Assembly (NCBI RefSeq): GCF_001194135.2
Contig: NC_069010.1
Coordinates: 414,388-470,921, forward strand
Length of the DNA stretch: 56,534 nt
Reading direction: 5' to 3'
DNA from: Octopus bimaculoides
Lineage: Eukaryota
This document shows, piece by piece, positions 25,281 through 38,908 of this stretch. Within the stretch, counting starts at the first letter, position 1. The number at the start of each line of letters is the position of its first letter. The notes below the pieces were generated by a model. That model saw only the letters and a program-made list of their open reading frames with translations. It was not told the DNA's origin and did no database searches. The translations under genes were made by a program, and so were the position numbers.

Positions 25281-26370
25281 TGTCATAAGGTCATAATATA
25301 TAAGTAATAATAATATATATGTGAGGATTTATGTTTACCTATGTATATACATACACAAACACACATGCGTATATATATGTTTGTAGGTTGGTATGTAAGC
25401 CACTCTCTCAACTCCAGTTTATTATATCTAATTATAAACATGGAGGAAACTAGATCAAACCAACCTTTGCAATATTTGATCATAAACTTTACAATGTTGA
25501 ATCACAATGCTTATAAATCATGTTGGACCACTGAAAATTAAACCGACTCATCGCTATTATTATCAACTACATTTAATGAAGAACTTACAATTTGATGGCT
25601 TCATTTTATGATATAAATTTTACTATAAACAAAGAGCGTTGTTCTGCTTACATTTCAGCTATGCTGGAGAGGAATAAGAAAGTGCCATCTTCATATTTTT
25701 GTATTCGGTTGTTGCTCAAATTTCTGAAAAAGAAACATTACATGCATCAAAATAACTAAAGTAAATAAATCTGTTTCCTGCTTTGCAATATTGTTTAAAT
25801 TCGAGTTTACTCAACATTAGCAGAATAAATGCTGATGTTCAGAGTACAATTGTCTATTACACTAAGTAGTTCTCATGCAAGAGGTGTTTGTAGAGAAATA
25901 GGTTCCTTCAATTTAACTTGATTATCGTAAGAGAAAATCTTCTGATAAACAAGCAGGGAAAGACGGATGAAGATAAAATCTAAAGCATGACAATATAACA
26001 ACGAGACTTTCATCTCTGCACAATATCGGTTTACTTAACATTTCCATTTATAAGAAGTAGACGAAAAAGGAAGGAGAGGAAAAACGAGAAGCTGAAGCCA
26101 AAAGGGGAAAAAAGAGAAGCGGAAGTAGATAATGATGAACAGGAAGAAGAAGAAGAAGAAGAAGAAGAAGAAGAAGAAGAAGAAGAAGAAGAAGAAGAAG
26201 AAGAAGAAGAAGAAGAAGAAGAAAATGCTGACGAAAATGAAGAATAGAGTAGCAATATGGGCACTGAATATGAGCAAGAGTGATTAAAAGAAGGGGAAAG
26301 AGAAACGAGAACGCTGTTAAATTATGTAAAAATTACATTCATAATATAGTAACAACAAAAGTGAACTTAC

Positions 26371-26442
26371 AATATCTGTAAATTAGGAAGCATCTGGAAA
26401 ATTCTTTGTTCAATACGCAAAATATAATTTCCGTTTAAATAT
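26371..26442 (-). CDS. LRR exon (72 nt, phase 2-2): YLNGNYILRIEQRIFQMLPNLQI
   Basis: ttattgttacag|...|gtaagttc, open, fits LxxNxIxxIxxxxFxxLxxLxxL. Confidence 0.9.
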
Positions 26443-27134
26443 CTGTAACAATAAAGAACCATGATAACAGCTGTTACGGATAATATGTGAAAATGAATTG
26501 AATGATGTGTGTCTGAAATAAAGCAAATGACGACAAGACAGAATATGATAAACAAGGAGAAAATGAAGAAGAATGAGGAGGAGAGGGGAAACATGAAGAG
26601 AAAAGGAAAAAGATAAAGAAGTAGGAGATATAGAAGAGAAGAAGAAGAGGAAGAGAGGTGAAGAAGAAGAAAAGAAGAAGATGATGATGATGATGATGAT
26701 GATGATTAATTTTGTCGAGTGACTACTGAAGAATAGTTTGATGAATCGCGATGACGATGAGGATGATAATGATGATGATGATGAAGTTGATGGTAGTGGT
26801 AGCGGTGGTGGATATGATGACAAGGATAATGATGGGAAAAAGAAAGGAAAGGAAACGAAGGAACAAAAAAATTGTGGAAGGAAGAAAGAAAACAAAGGAA
26901 TTTACTGAAGAAATTAATGACGTACAAATGTACATGAAGACGTAGAAATTTCGGTAAATCATTAGAAAATGGAATAGTGCAGTCACTCGATATGCATATG
27001 AAACTGCACAATATCTGACGAGTTCAGGCATGGAAAAATTAAACGAGATGATATAATTAATATACAGCATAACCCTTACAGTCATTCAAAGGTGTAAAAT
27101 ATGCTTTCTCAGTTGAATATTTGAATAAGTCCTA

Positions 27135-27544
27135 GGCGCCGGAGTGGCTGTGTGGTAAATAGCTTGCCTACCAACCGCATGGTTCCGGATTCAGTCCCAC
27201 TGCGTGGCACCATGGGCAAGTGTCTTCTGCTATAGCCTCGGGCCGACCAAAGCCTTCTGAGTGGATTTGGTAGACGGAAACTGAAATAAGCCCGTCGTAT
27301 ATATGTGTATATATATATATATATGTATGTATGTGTGTTTGTCCCTCCCCCACCATAACTTGACAACCGATGATGGTGTGTTTATGTCCCCGTAACTTAG
27401 CGGTTCGGCAAAAAAGGACTGATAGAATAAGTACTAGGCTTACAAAGAATAAGTCTTGGGGTCGAATTTCTCGACTAAAGGCGGTGCTCCAGCATGGCCG
27501 CAGTCAAATGACTGAAACAAGTAAAGGAGTAAAAGAGTAAAGAG
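27135..27544 (+). mobile_element. Full-length tRNA-derived SINE (octopod-type)
   Basis: Head ggcgccggagtggctgtgtgg...ggttccggattcagtccc (A/B-box-like), an internal TA/TG tract, and a tail gaaacaagtaaaggagtaaaagag. Confidence 0.8.
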
Positions 27545-27619
27545 TTAGATCATACTGTCATTTCACTGACACACGTTACATGTTATACATGTTATACATG
27601 TATATCCTTATCTTTTATT

Positions 27620-28000
27620 TCACTTATTAGATTCGGCCATACTAGAACAACACCTTGAAAGATATAGACTCAAGTGCTTAATTTTGAAAGTTAGTTACTC
27701 ATTCTATTGGGTATTTTGCCGAACCGTTACCTTACGGCGTGGGAAACACCAGTACCGTTTGTTAAGAGGCGGTTGAGGACAAAACAGATACAAAGACAAA
27801 CTTCTCTCTATATATATATGCATGCAGCATACGACAGACTCGTTTCAGTTTCCGTCTGGAAACTCCACTCAAAAGGAAGTGGCGGACCCGATGTAAACCA
27901 AAACTTCACGTGCACAGTGTGCCACATAGTGACATCGAGTCTTGGACCATGTGGTTTGTTACAACTTTCTTCCTACACATCCACCTGTGCCTGCATATGG
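27620..28000 (-). mobile_element. Old SINE copy of the same family, reverse orientation
   Basis: Reverse-complement similarity to 27135-27544 (tttcagtttccgtct, gccgaaccg). Confidence 0.6.
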
Positions 28001-28239
28001 ATATGCGTGTGTGTGTGTTTAAATGCGAGTGTATGTAATTATGTATGCGTGTTTATCCCAGAAACATTCTAAAATGTTTCTTCCTCGAGAAAAAGGAATT
28101 CCTCTTTCGAATCTGAGTCCCAAAGAATATATCATTCATAGATATTAAAATCTTATAATCATCTACGTGAAGTAAACCCCGATGAAGGTGTATCGCTTAC
28201 AGTTTCTCTTTATTGTAAACAAAAAAAAAATGAACTTAC

Positions 28240-28311
28240 AATCTCTTCAAATTAGTAAGATTTTGGAAGCTTCCACGTTCGATTTTATCGATCTTATTAT
28301 GGTCCAGACGT
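28240..28311 (-). CDS. LRR exon class A: RLDHNKIDKIERGSFQNLTNLKR
   Basis: ttttattaacag|72 nt|gtaagttc, open. Confidence 0.9.
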
Positions 28312-29188
28312 CTGTTAATAAAACATGAATAGATTTTAGAAACGTTTTCTGATAAATGCTTAAATTTGGAGTCGGAATATGAAATGAATATATGAGGGAT
28401 ATGAAAGAGACATGTGCGATGATGATAATTTGGCGTAGGACGAGAAGAAGTAGATGGTAAAAGAAGGAAAATAGAAGGTTGGTAGTAGGGAAGGCTGAGA
28501 AGGGGAGAGGTGGAGGGAGAGAACGAGAGGAAGAGGGATAGGATGGGAGGGCAAGAAAAGGAGAGAATGAACGGAGGACAAGAGAAAGTGAGGACGAGAA
28601 AGAGAAGGAGCAGGTGTAATAAAGCGGTGAGGCAGAATAGAAATAGAACGGAATAACTAAAGAAAAATACATGTGTTTATGTGCATGTGTGTTTATTTGT
28701 GTGTGTGTGTGTGTGTGTATCTAAACGTGACTATATGAGATTCTATATGTCTGTTTAGCCCAGAAAAATTCTGAATTGTTTGTTCCTCGAGAAAACCAAT
28801 TCGTTTTTGAAATGTGAGTTCGAAAGAATAGGTCTCGCATAAATATTAATAGAAGCTTATAATCTTCTACGTGAAGTAACTTTCCATGAAAGTATATCGC
28901 ACACGATTTCTCTTTGTGTGTGTATGCATGAGAGTAAGGTATTTCATTAGAGTTACAGAATATGTTTTAATAGCAGGATTTTCTGTTAGTCAATATGATT
29001 TCTTTTACAAAGATAGAGAAAAACACATGGACACGAACTTACACGCCACACACAGATACAAACATACATGTTTACATGAAATTATACTCCCATGCACAAA
29101 ACATTTATTTATTCATACAGAGATACGTACATTGCTACGCAACTTCATACGCTTACAAACGAAAATATAACGACAGAATATAAATTAG

Positions 29189-29236
<48 letters not shown>

Positions 29237-29308
29237 NNNNNNNNNNNNNNNNNNNNNNNNNNNNNNNNNNNNNNNNNNNNNNNNNNNNNNNNNNNNNNNN
29301 NNNNNNNN

Positions 29309-29369
<61 letters not shown>

Positions 29370-29441
29370 AGAGTAAGTAAAAGTAGACATGAAATTTCTA
29401 GTGATAAAATGTTCATAAAATATCAACAAAATTGAACTTAC

Positions 29442-29513
29442 AGTCTCTGTAAATTGGTAAAAGTTTGGAAGATTCCACGTTCGATTTTCTCGATCTTATT
29501 ATGATCCAAATGT
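29442..29513 (-). CDS. LRR exon class A: HLDHNKIEKIERGIFQTFTNLQR
   Basis: ttttatgtcacag|72 nt|gtaagttc, open. Confidence 0.9.
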
Positions 29514-30552
29514 CTGTGACATAAAACAAATTATAAAGGAAATAGAATAAAAGGGTTCTCTAATAAAACATTAAATTTGGTGCCTTAGAATTAGAGGAAA
29601 AATTAGGACTATGAAAGAGAGAAGTGTGATGATGATAAGGAGGTCAAGGGCGAGGAGGAGGCATAGTGGAGAAGGCGTAGGTGGAGGTGGTGGAAGAGGA
29701 AGTAGAGGAGGGTAAGTAAAAGTTTGAAAGGAGGGGAAGTAGAAGAAGTGAAGAGAAGACGAGGGGTGTAGAGGACAAGTGAAGGGGAGGAAAAGACGAG
29801 AGGAGGGGCAGTTAGAATAAAGAGAAATTGGGGTGTAGAAGTGAGGTGTTGAAGGAAAGTAAGTCGTAGAAAGTATAAATCTATAGACGTGCAAGTAGAA
29901 TGCGATGAAAGAAAAACGACGTATGAGAAATGGGAAAAGAAGATGAAAATATTTAGAAAGAGGAGAGGAAGGAGGAGATGATGAACATGAATAATGTAGA
30001 GGAAAATTGTGAAGAAGACGAAAGATGCAGGAATAAAAAGCATAGTAGAAGGACGATGAAGAAAAATAACAATAGAAATCAGAATGAGTAAAGAAGGAGA
30101 AGGAAATAAATATGAATATAAAGACTACAATCACACATGCACAAAAATACACATACACCCAAACAATTTCAATCGCTGGTGTAGATACACCCACACACAC
30201 CTTTACACACACACACCTTCATAAATATATTCATTCAAAGACAGTCAAATACATTCACTCAGAAATTAAGAAAGACAATATGAATTAGAGCAGAGTAAAG
30301 TAGAAAGAAAAGCAAGATGGGAACACATTAAGGATTGCAAATTATCGTTGGTCGATATTGCTGATACTATAATGATGAAGACGTCTGTGGCATGAATGAG
30401 AGGTGATAAGAAGTTGCATTTCAGATAAACATTATAGATTTTTAATATTTAGTCTTGAGAATTTAATTAGGGAAACGAAGAATGGTGACGACGGAGAAAA
30501 GAAAAAAGAATACGATGATAATTACGAAGAATGAGATACCGAAGCAGAATAT

Positions 30553-30612
<60 letters not shown>

Positions 30613-31369
30613 TCAGGAACAGAAAAACAGAGGAGGTAGCAGCAGCAGCAGCAGCAAAAGAAGAAGAAGAAGAAGAAGAAGAAGAAGAAGAAGAAGAAGA
30701 AGAAGAAGAAGAAGAAGAAGAAGAAGAAGAAGAAGAAGAAGAAGAAGAAGAAGAAGAAGAAGAAGAAAATGCGTCGAGGAAGAAAGGGGAGAAAAAGAAA
30801 AGTAAAGAAAAGACTCCTGATAAAATATTAAATGTGTCTCAACGATGAGATGATGGAAGGAATGTAAGAGGACGATACAGATTATATGACGATGAACATT
30901 ATGTAAATGGTAATGGTGCATATTATGATGATGATATTGATATCATTGCTGCTGCTGCTGATGATGATGATAATTATGAAGATAATAACGAAGATGATTC
31001 GGATGAGGATGAGTATGTTGATGACCATGTTAATGTCAATATCAATGAATAGTCTATTGATTATGATAATGCTAATAATAATTATGATAATAATTAAGGT
31101 AACAATTAAGTATGAAGAAATTATGATTGGAATAATTAACTGATGCTGATGAAGGTGAGGTTGACAAGGGGAAGAGTAATGACAAGTATGATACTCAAGT
31201 TATCATCGATTAGGACAATTAAAATGATGTTGATAATATTGTTGGTGCTCTCACAAACATTCAAAGGTGGAAAATATGCTTTCGCAGTTGAATATTTGAA
31301 TAAGTCCTACGTTAGATCAAGCTATCATTTCTCTGACACATTACACTGACGCATGTCATATATATACAT

Positions 31370-31400
<31 letters not shown>

Positions 31401-31715
31401 TACATACACACACTGAGTTATACATTTGTTGCTTAAAATGTTCGAAATATCAGCCAAGACATTCACCAAATATAGAATATTATAGTATATGTAGCACTGT
31501 ATTNNNNNNNNNNNNNNNNNNNNNNNNNNNNNNNNNNNNNNNNNNNNNNNNNNNNNNNNNNNNNNNNNNNNNNNNNNNNNNNNNNNNNNNNNNNNNNNNN
31601 NNNNNNNNNNNNNNNNNNNNNNNNNNNNNNNNNNNNNNNNNNNNNNNNNNNNNNNNNNNNNNNNNNNNNNNNNNNNNNNNNNNNNNNNNNNNNNNNNNNN
31701 NNNNNNNNNNNNNNN

Positions 31716-31782
<67 letters not shown>

Positions 31783-31799
31783 CTTATCTTTCTCTTATT

Positions 31800-32190
31800 T
31801 CACTATTTCACTCATTAAACTTCGGCAATGCTAGAACACCACCTTCAAAGATTTTAGTCGAATATATCGACCCCTATATTTATTTATGAAGGCTTGTTAC
31901 TTATTCTATTGGTCAGTTTTGCCGAACCGTTAAGGTACAGTGAAGGAAACACACCAGTACCGTTTATTAAGAGGTGGTTGAGGACGAAATAGACACAAAA
32001 ATATCCATATATGTATATACATGCAGTACACGAGAGACTTGCTTCAGTTTCTGTCTGCAAAACCCACTCAAAAGGAATTGGTCGACCCGAGGTAAAAGGA
32101 AAAGTCACGTGCACGGGGTGCCACAGAATGACACTGACTATGTGGTCTGTAACAACCTTTTTAGTGCACAGCTGACACCTGTACCTGTAC
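31800..32190 (-). mobile_element. Old SINE copy, paralog of 27620-28000
   Basis: Colinear with 27620-28000, including the flanks. Confidence 0.6.
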
Positions 32191-32775
32191 ATATCTTCGT
32201 GTGTGTGTGTGTATGTAAACGTGAGTGTATGTGATTATGTATCCGTGTGCAACCCAGAAAGATTCTCAAATTGTTCTTCCGCGAGAAAAAACGAATTCCT
32301 ACTTGAACACTCAGTCCCAAAGAATAGATCTTCGATAAATATAAAAACAACTTATAATCCTCTACATAAAGTAGCTCTTAATGAAAGTATGTCGCTCACA
32401 GTTTGTCTCTCTCTCTTTCTGTATGCATGCGAGTAAGGTATTTCATAGGGGTGACAGAATGGTCTAAAAACCATGTGAAACAATTTTTGACAACATAATT
32501 TTTCGGTTAGTAAATATGAATTTTTTTACCAAAATGCAAACACATACAGACAGGAACGTACACAAATACAAAAATATAAGTACACATAAAATCATACTCA
32601 CACGCACAAAATATTTATTCACTCAAACACAGACACATAAACTCGTACACATCTTCATAAACACACGAACTAAAATATAATGACGGAATGTAAATTAGAA
32701 AGGCAGAGAGGGAAAAAAGACTTGAAATTTCTAGTGGTACTACGTTCGTAAAATATCAACAAAAATTGAACTTAC

Positions 32776-32847
32776 AATCTCTGCAAATTGGCAATGTTTT
32801 CGAAGACTCCACGTTCGATTTTCTCGATCTTATTATGGTCCAAATTT
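32776..32847 (-). CDS. LRR exon class A: NLDHNKIEKIERGVFENIANLQR
   Basis: tttcatgtaacag|72 nt|gtaagttc, open. Confidence 0.9.
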
Positions 32848-33416
32848 CTGTTACATGAAACAGTTTATAAAGGAAATAGGATTGAAAAGTTTTCTGATAA
32901 AGAATTAAATGTGGAGTCTTAAAATCAGATGAAGAAATGAGAGCTATATACAAGAAAAGCGAGATGATTATTATAACGAGGAGGAGGAGGGGGAGATGGA
33001 TGTAGAGATGGGGAAATAGGAGGAAGTCAGAAAAGGGAAGGAATGGAGGAAGAAAAGTGGGGATAAAGTGAAGGGAGAACAAAATAAGGGAGGACAATAG
33101 AACGGGAGGGGTAGGTGGGAAAAGAGGTGATACAAAATGAGAAATTCTGTTGGGTAACGGAGGTGGTGAGGGAAAATAAGTCATACAACGTGTCGTACAA
33201 GTAGGATACGATGAAACGAAATCGACGTATGAGAAATGGAAAAAGATGTTGAAAAAGTTTTAAAGAAGGGAGAAAACATGAACATGAACAATGTAAAAAT
33301 AAAATTGTAAAGAAGCCGAAAGATGTAGGAGAATGTGGATGAGAAAAATAAGGAAAATTAGAATGAGAAAAACAGGAAGAAGAAAATAATTATGAATAAA
33401 TTTGGCCATATATTAA

Positions 33417-34626
33417 TTATGGAATAAAGAAATTGTCATTTATTTAATTCGCTATTCTGTCTCCGTGTATAAATTCTTTAGATACTGCGGTATTTCATAT
33501 GTATATTAAGTGACTGGACATTTGTGATGATTTGCCAAAATTTCTACGTTTTCAGGTAATTTTTTGCGTTATTATTTTCTTTAGCAGCATTTTTCTTCCT
33601 TCCACTCTTTTATTCTTTCTTTCATTTCCTTTCCTTTCTGTTTTTATTGATCATCACCATCATCATTACCATCATCGATGTTGATTTATTATTCTAATCA
33701 TAATTTCCTCGTAATGAATTTTTATCTTGAGAATCGATATCTTCAATATCTATCTCCACCTCGTCCTCGTCCTCCTCTTCCTCCTCATCATCAATATCAT
33801 CATCATCACCACCACCAACATGACCACCACGACCAACATCATCATCATCAGAATCGTTAGATTATACATTGATATTAACATTATTATGATCATCATCAAC
33901 ATTCTCATCCTGTTTCACATCATCGTCGTCCTTAAGTTCATAATTATCATCATCATCATCATCATCATCCCCATGATCAATGTCGTCAACATCATTATTA
34001 TCGTAATCAACATCATCATAACATTATCATCGTCATCTTCATTATCATCGTCATCTTCCTTACATTCCTCTCACATTCATTATTTCTTCTTATTCACGAG
34101 TCAATTTTAATACTTTATCAGAAGTTATTTCTTTAGTTTTCTCCGTCTTAACTCATTTCTGTATTCCTTCACGTATTTTCCCGCCTCTGTTTTTTCTTTC
34201 ACGTCTTATTTCTTCTTCTTCTTCTTCTTCTTCTTCTTCTTCTTCTTCTTCTTCATTTTGTACTTCGCTTCTTTTTTCTTCCATCTACTTCTCCTGTGTC
34301 TTCCGCTTCAACTTCTTTTTCCTCCCCTTTTCTCTTCCTCCTCCTTCTTTTTCTTTTCTTCTTTCTATCCTTCTTCTTCTTATTCCTCACTTTCTTCTTC
34401 GTCTTCCTCTCTTTCTTAGTCTTCTTCATGGACACCATCATCTTTTTCTTCTTTTTCTGCTGCTCTGCTCCTGCTGCAGCCACCATTCCTGCTACTGCGA
34501 CTTCTCCTCTTCCACCCCATCGTTGTCTTCGTCGTCGTCATCCTCCTCCTCCTCCTCCTCCTCCTCCTGCTACTACTACTACTACTACTACTACTACTAT
34601 AACTACTACTACTACTGCTGCTACTG

Positions 34627-34688
<62 letters not shown>

Positions 34689-35490
34689 AATACTAAAACT
34701 GCTACTGCTACTGCTGCTGCTGAATTTACTACTACTACTAGACATTGTACTTTGTTATCTCATTCTTGTTAACTCTCATCTTTCTCCTTTTCCCGTCATC
34801 ATTCTTTTTGTTTCCTTATTTTATTCTAAATACTCAGGATTAATAATCTATAAAATCCATCTGAATTAGAATTGCTTATAAAAATTCTTTCATGCCACAG
34901 ATGTCTTCATCATTATAGTATCACCGATATCGTCCAAGTATGATTCGAAATACTTATTGCACTCACATCTTGCATTTCCTACTACTTTATTATTCTCTAA
35001 TTAATACTATCTCTCTCAAAGTTTGTGTAAATGCATTTGAATTTGTTTGTATGTCACTCTGTGGAGGTATATGCCTGAAGGAATGTATGGGCGTATCTAC
35101 GTCAGCGATTGATATCCTTGGCGAGATTTATGTGAGCATGTGCTGATGGGTGTATGTGTGATTGTACTATTTATATTCCAATTTATTTTCTTCCTCTCTT
35201 TTCGTCATTCTGATTTTCGTTGTTATTTTCCTCCTCTTCCTTTACTATATATATANNNNNNNNNNNNNNNNNNNNNNNNNNNNNNNNNNNNNNNNNNNNN
35301 NNNNNNNNNNNNNNNNNNNNNNNNNNNNNNNNNNNNNNNNNNNNNNNNNNNNNNNNNNNNNNNNNNNNNNNNNNNNNNNNNNNNNNNNNNNNTCTTGAAT
35401 CTATGTTCATCATCTTCGATTTTTCCACTTTATAAAAATTTTCAATTGCTTTTTCCATTTCTCATGAATCTTTTTTATTTCAATTGCATT
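33417..35490. repeat. Inverted copy of the class-A intron unit
   Basis: The plus strand switches to pyrimidine-rich. 33860-34020 is the reverse complement of 38030-38170, and 34840-35140 is the reverse complement of 30170-30450 and 37130-37390. Confidence 0.8.
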
Positions 35491-35500
35491 TTTATAGATC

Positions 35501-35540
<40 letters not shown>

Positions 35541-36048
35541 ATGGGAGGACAGAAGGAACGAAGAGAAAAGAAAGAAATTCGCTGAAGAATATAACAACGT
35601 AAAATGCACATGAAAACGTAGAAATATGGCTAAATCTTCACTGAATGGTATAGTCCAGTCACCCGATATGCATCTGAAACTGCGCAGTATCTGAAGAGCA
35701 TATGCACAGAGAATGAATTAAACGACATCCTTTTATTCCATAATACTAAAATTGTTTCTATATTTCATCATAGCCATAAATTAAAGATGAGATGATATAA
35801 TTTATATACGCCACACACACAGATCACACATACATGTTCACATAAACTTATACTCTTATGCACAAAACATTTATTTACTCATGCACAGACACATACACTC
35901 GTACACATCTTCATACACGCACTCACGGAAATATGACAGAATATAAATTAGAAAGGCAGAGAGTGAGTGGGAGAGAGACTAAGAAAGAGAAGACATTACA
36001 TTTCTAGTCATATTGTATTAATAAAATAAGAACAAAAATTGAACTTAC

Positions 36049-36120
36049 AGTCTCTGTAAATTGGTAAAATCTTGGAAGATACCATGTTCGATTTTCTCAA
36101 GCTTATTATGGTCCACATGT
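36049..36120 (-). CDS. LRR exon class A: HVDHNKLEKIEHGIFQDFTNLQR
   Basis: ttatacaacag|72 nt|gtaagttc, open. Confidence 0.88.
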
Positions 36121-38836
36121 CTGTTGTATAATAGAGATTTTGCAGGAAATACTATGGAAAAGCTTTCTGATAAATCATAAACTGTTGGAGTCATGAAATC
36201 AGATGAAAAAATATGGTTATGAAAGAGAAAAGCGTGATGATGATAATGAAGGGAGGACGGGTGGGACAGGTGCAGGAGTACGTAGAGGTGGGCAAGTAGG
36301 CGTGCGTGGGAGGACAAGATTATGAAAGGAGAAGGGGAATAAAAAGCGATGCACAATGAGAAATTGAGTGGAATGACGGGGATGGTAAAGGAAAATGAGT
36401 CATACATCGTGTAGGTCCATAGAAGTGCAAGTAGAAAACGATGAAACGAAAACAAGGAATGGGAAATGAGAAAATAAGTTGAAATATTTAAAAGGAGGAA
36501 AAAAACCGATGAGGATGAACATTAATAATGTAGAGCAATGCTGTGAAGAAAATGAAAGTTGCGGGAATAAAACACATAGCAGAAGGACGATGAGGAAAAT
36601 ATCAACGAATATCAGAATGAGGTAAAGAGAGAGAAGAAAATAAATATGAATACATTTGGAATCTTAAGATCAGATAAAAAGTTGATGGCTGTGAAAAAGG
36701 GTTCATAGAAGGAGGGAAAGTAAGACGGAAAGGGGGGACGAAAGAGAAAAGAAGGTGAAGACAAGATGAGATGGAATAAAGTGGCGATACACAATGGGAA
36801 ATTGAACGGAATAACGGAGGTAGTGAAAGAAAGTACGTGATAGAACGAAAGGATCTATAGAAGTACAATGAGAAATGGAAAAAGAAGCTGAAAAATTTAA
36901 AAAGACGGGTGGAATCAAATTATAATGAATATGAACAATGGAGATGAAAATTGTGAAGAAGTCGAAAGATTCAAGAATAGAATACATAGTAGAAAGACGA
37001 TGAGGAAATTAACAACGAAAATCTGATTGAGGAAAAGTGGGAGAAGATTATAAAAATCAAAATAGATAAAAAATAAAAACAGACATACAGATATCTGCAC
37101 ATACAAACATACAATTTTGCGTATCATATGAATCATTGATTTAGATACACCCATAGATAGTTTCTCACACATGCCTTCTCAGAGTTACATTCAAACAACT
37201 TCAAAATACATTCACAGAAAAATTGAGAGAGAAGATATGAATTAGAGAATAATAAAGGAGGAATAAATGCAAGATGTGAATACAATAAGCATTTCGAATT
37301 ACCATTAGATGATATTGCTGATACTATGCTGATGAAGGCGTCTGTAGCATGAAAGAGATTCGATAAGCAATTCTAAATCAGATAAATATTATAGGGAAAA
37401 AAAGAATGATGATGACGGAAAAAGAACAAAGAAAAATACGAAGACAATTACGAAGAATGAGATAATGAAGTAGAAAATGCAGTAGTAGTAGTAGCAGCAG
37501 CAACAGTAGAGTAAGAATAGAAAGAAGAAAAAGAAGATGATGAAGAAGAAATGATGAAGCTGAAGAAAGTAAAGAAAAGGAAAAGAAGTAAAAAGAAAAA
37601 GGTGGAGGACGAACCGAAGAAGAATGTAAAGGGGAAGAGTAAATGTGAAAGAGAAGAGTAAAAAGAAGAAGGAGAAGAAGGAGACGGGGGAGGAGGAGAA
37701 GGAGGTGGAGGAACAGAAGAAGAAGGTACAGAAGACGGTAAAGGAAAAGTAGAAGGAAAAAAAGAAAAAGTAGACGGAAAAGAAGAAAACTATATGGATA
37801 AGGAGGGGAAGAAGTAAAAGAAAATGAAATGTGAAAGAAAAAGAAGCTGAAAAAGATTAACGAATAGAGAAAGTAGTTAGGACAGAGACAACGTATTCGG
37901 CCATGTAGAAAGAAGTAAAGAAAATACTGATAAAATATTAAAATGGTCCCGAGAATGAGATGAAGAAAGGAATGTGATACGATAATTATGAAAATGGTGA
38001 TGATGATGATGATGAAAGTGATGTTAATGATGATGTCGAATATTATGATGAGGATGTTGGTGACATTGATCATGGGGATGATGATGATGATAACTAATAA
38101 CTTAAGGACAATGATGATGTGGAACAGAATGAGAATGTTGATGATCATGTGAATATCAATGAATAATCTGACGATTCTGATGATGATGTTGATAATAATT
38201 ATCGATGATGACGAGTATGGTTTCTAATGAATAATAGGTTGAATAAATTGCGTTAATGATGACGATGATGATGAATTTGATTATGATACAACAGAAAAAT
38301 TCTGAGGTGTTTCTTCCTTGAGAAAAACGAATAGCTTTTTGATATTTGAGTCCGAAAGAATAGGTCATCCATAAATATTAATAAAAATTTATAATCCCCT
38401 ATGGGAAGTAAATCTCGATGAAAGTATTTCGCTCACACTTTCGCTTTGTGTGAATATGCATGTAAGGTATTTCATTAGGGTTACAGAATGATATAAAAAC
38501 CATGTAAGACCATTTTTAAATAGTATAATTTTCTGTTAGTTAAAGTTTTTCTTACAAAGACACATAGAAACACACACGGATGCGAATGTACAAGCTACAC
38601 ACAGAAATATAAAGATGCATGTTTACATAAAATCATACTCTAATGCACAAAACATTTATTTAATCACACGGTGATCCATACGTTCGTACAAACTTCATAC
38701 AAACAACAGAAACGGAAATATAATGACCGAATATAAATTAGAGAGTCAGTGAGAAAGAACAAGAATAAGAAAGGGAAAACATTACGTTTGTAATTATTTT
38801 GCGTCAATAAAAATTATCAGCAAAAATTGAACTTAC

Positions 38837-38908
38837 AATCTCTTTAAATTGGTAAGATTTTGGAAGATACCAAGTTCGATTTTCTCCATCTTATTATGAT
38901 CGAAATGC
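38837..38908 (-). CDS. LRR exon class A: HFDHNKMEKIELGIFQNLTNLKR
   Basis: tttatataacag|72 nt|gtaagttc, open. Confidence 0.88.

Noticed and set aside
25589-25663. gaacttac donor context resembling the LRR exons
   Set aside because: The phase-2 frame contains a stop and there is no LRR consensus.
31255-31335. LDLT*DLFKY... segment, also split by the SINE at 27080-27560
   Set aside because: It has an in-frame stop, the wrong length and poor LRR register, so it was treated as shared intron sequence.
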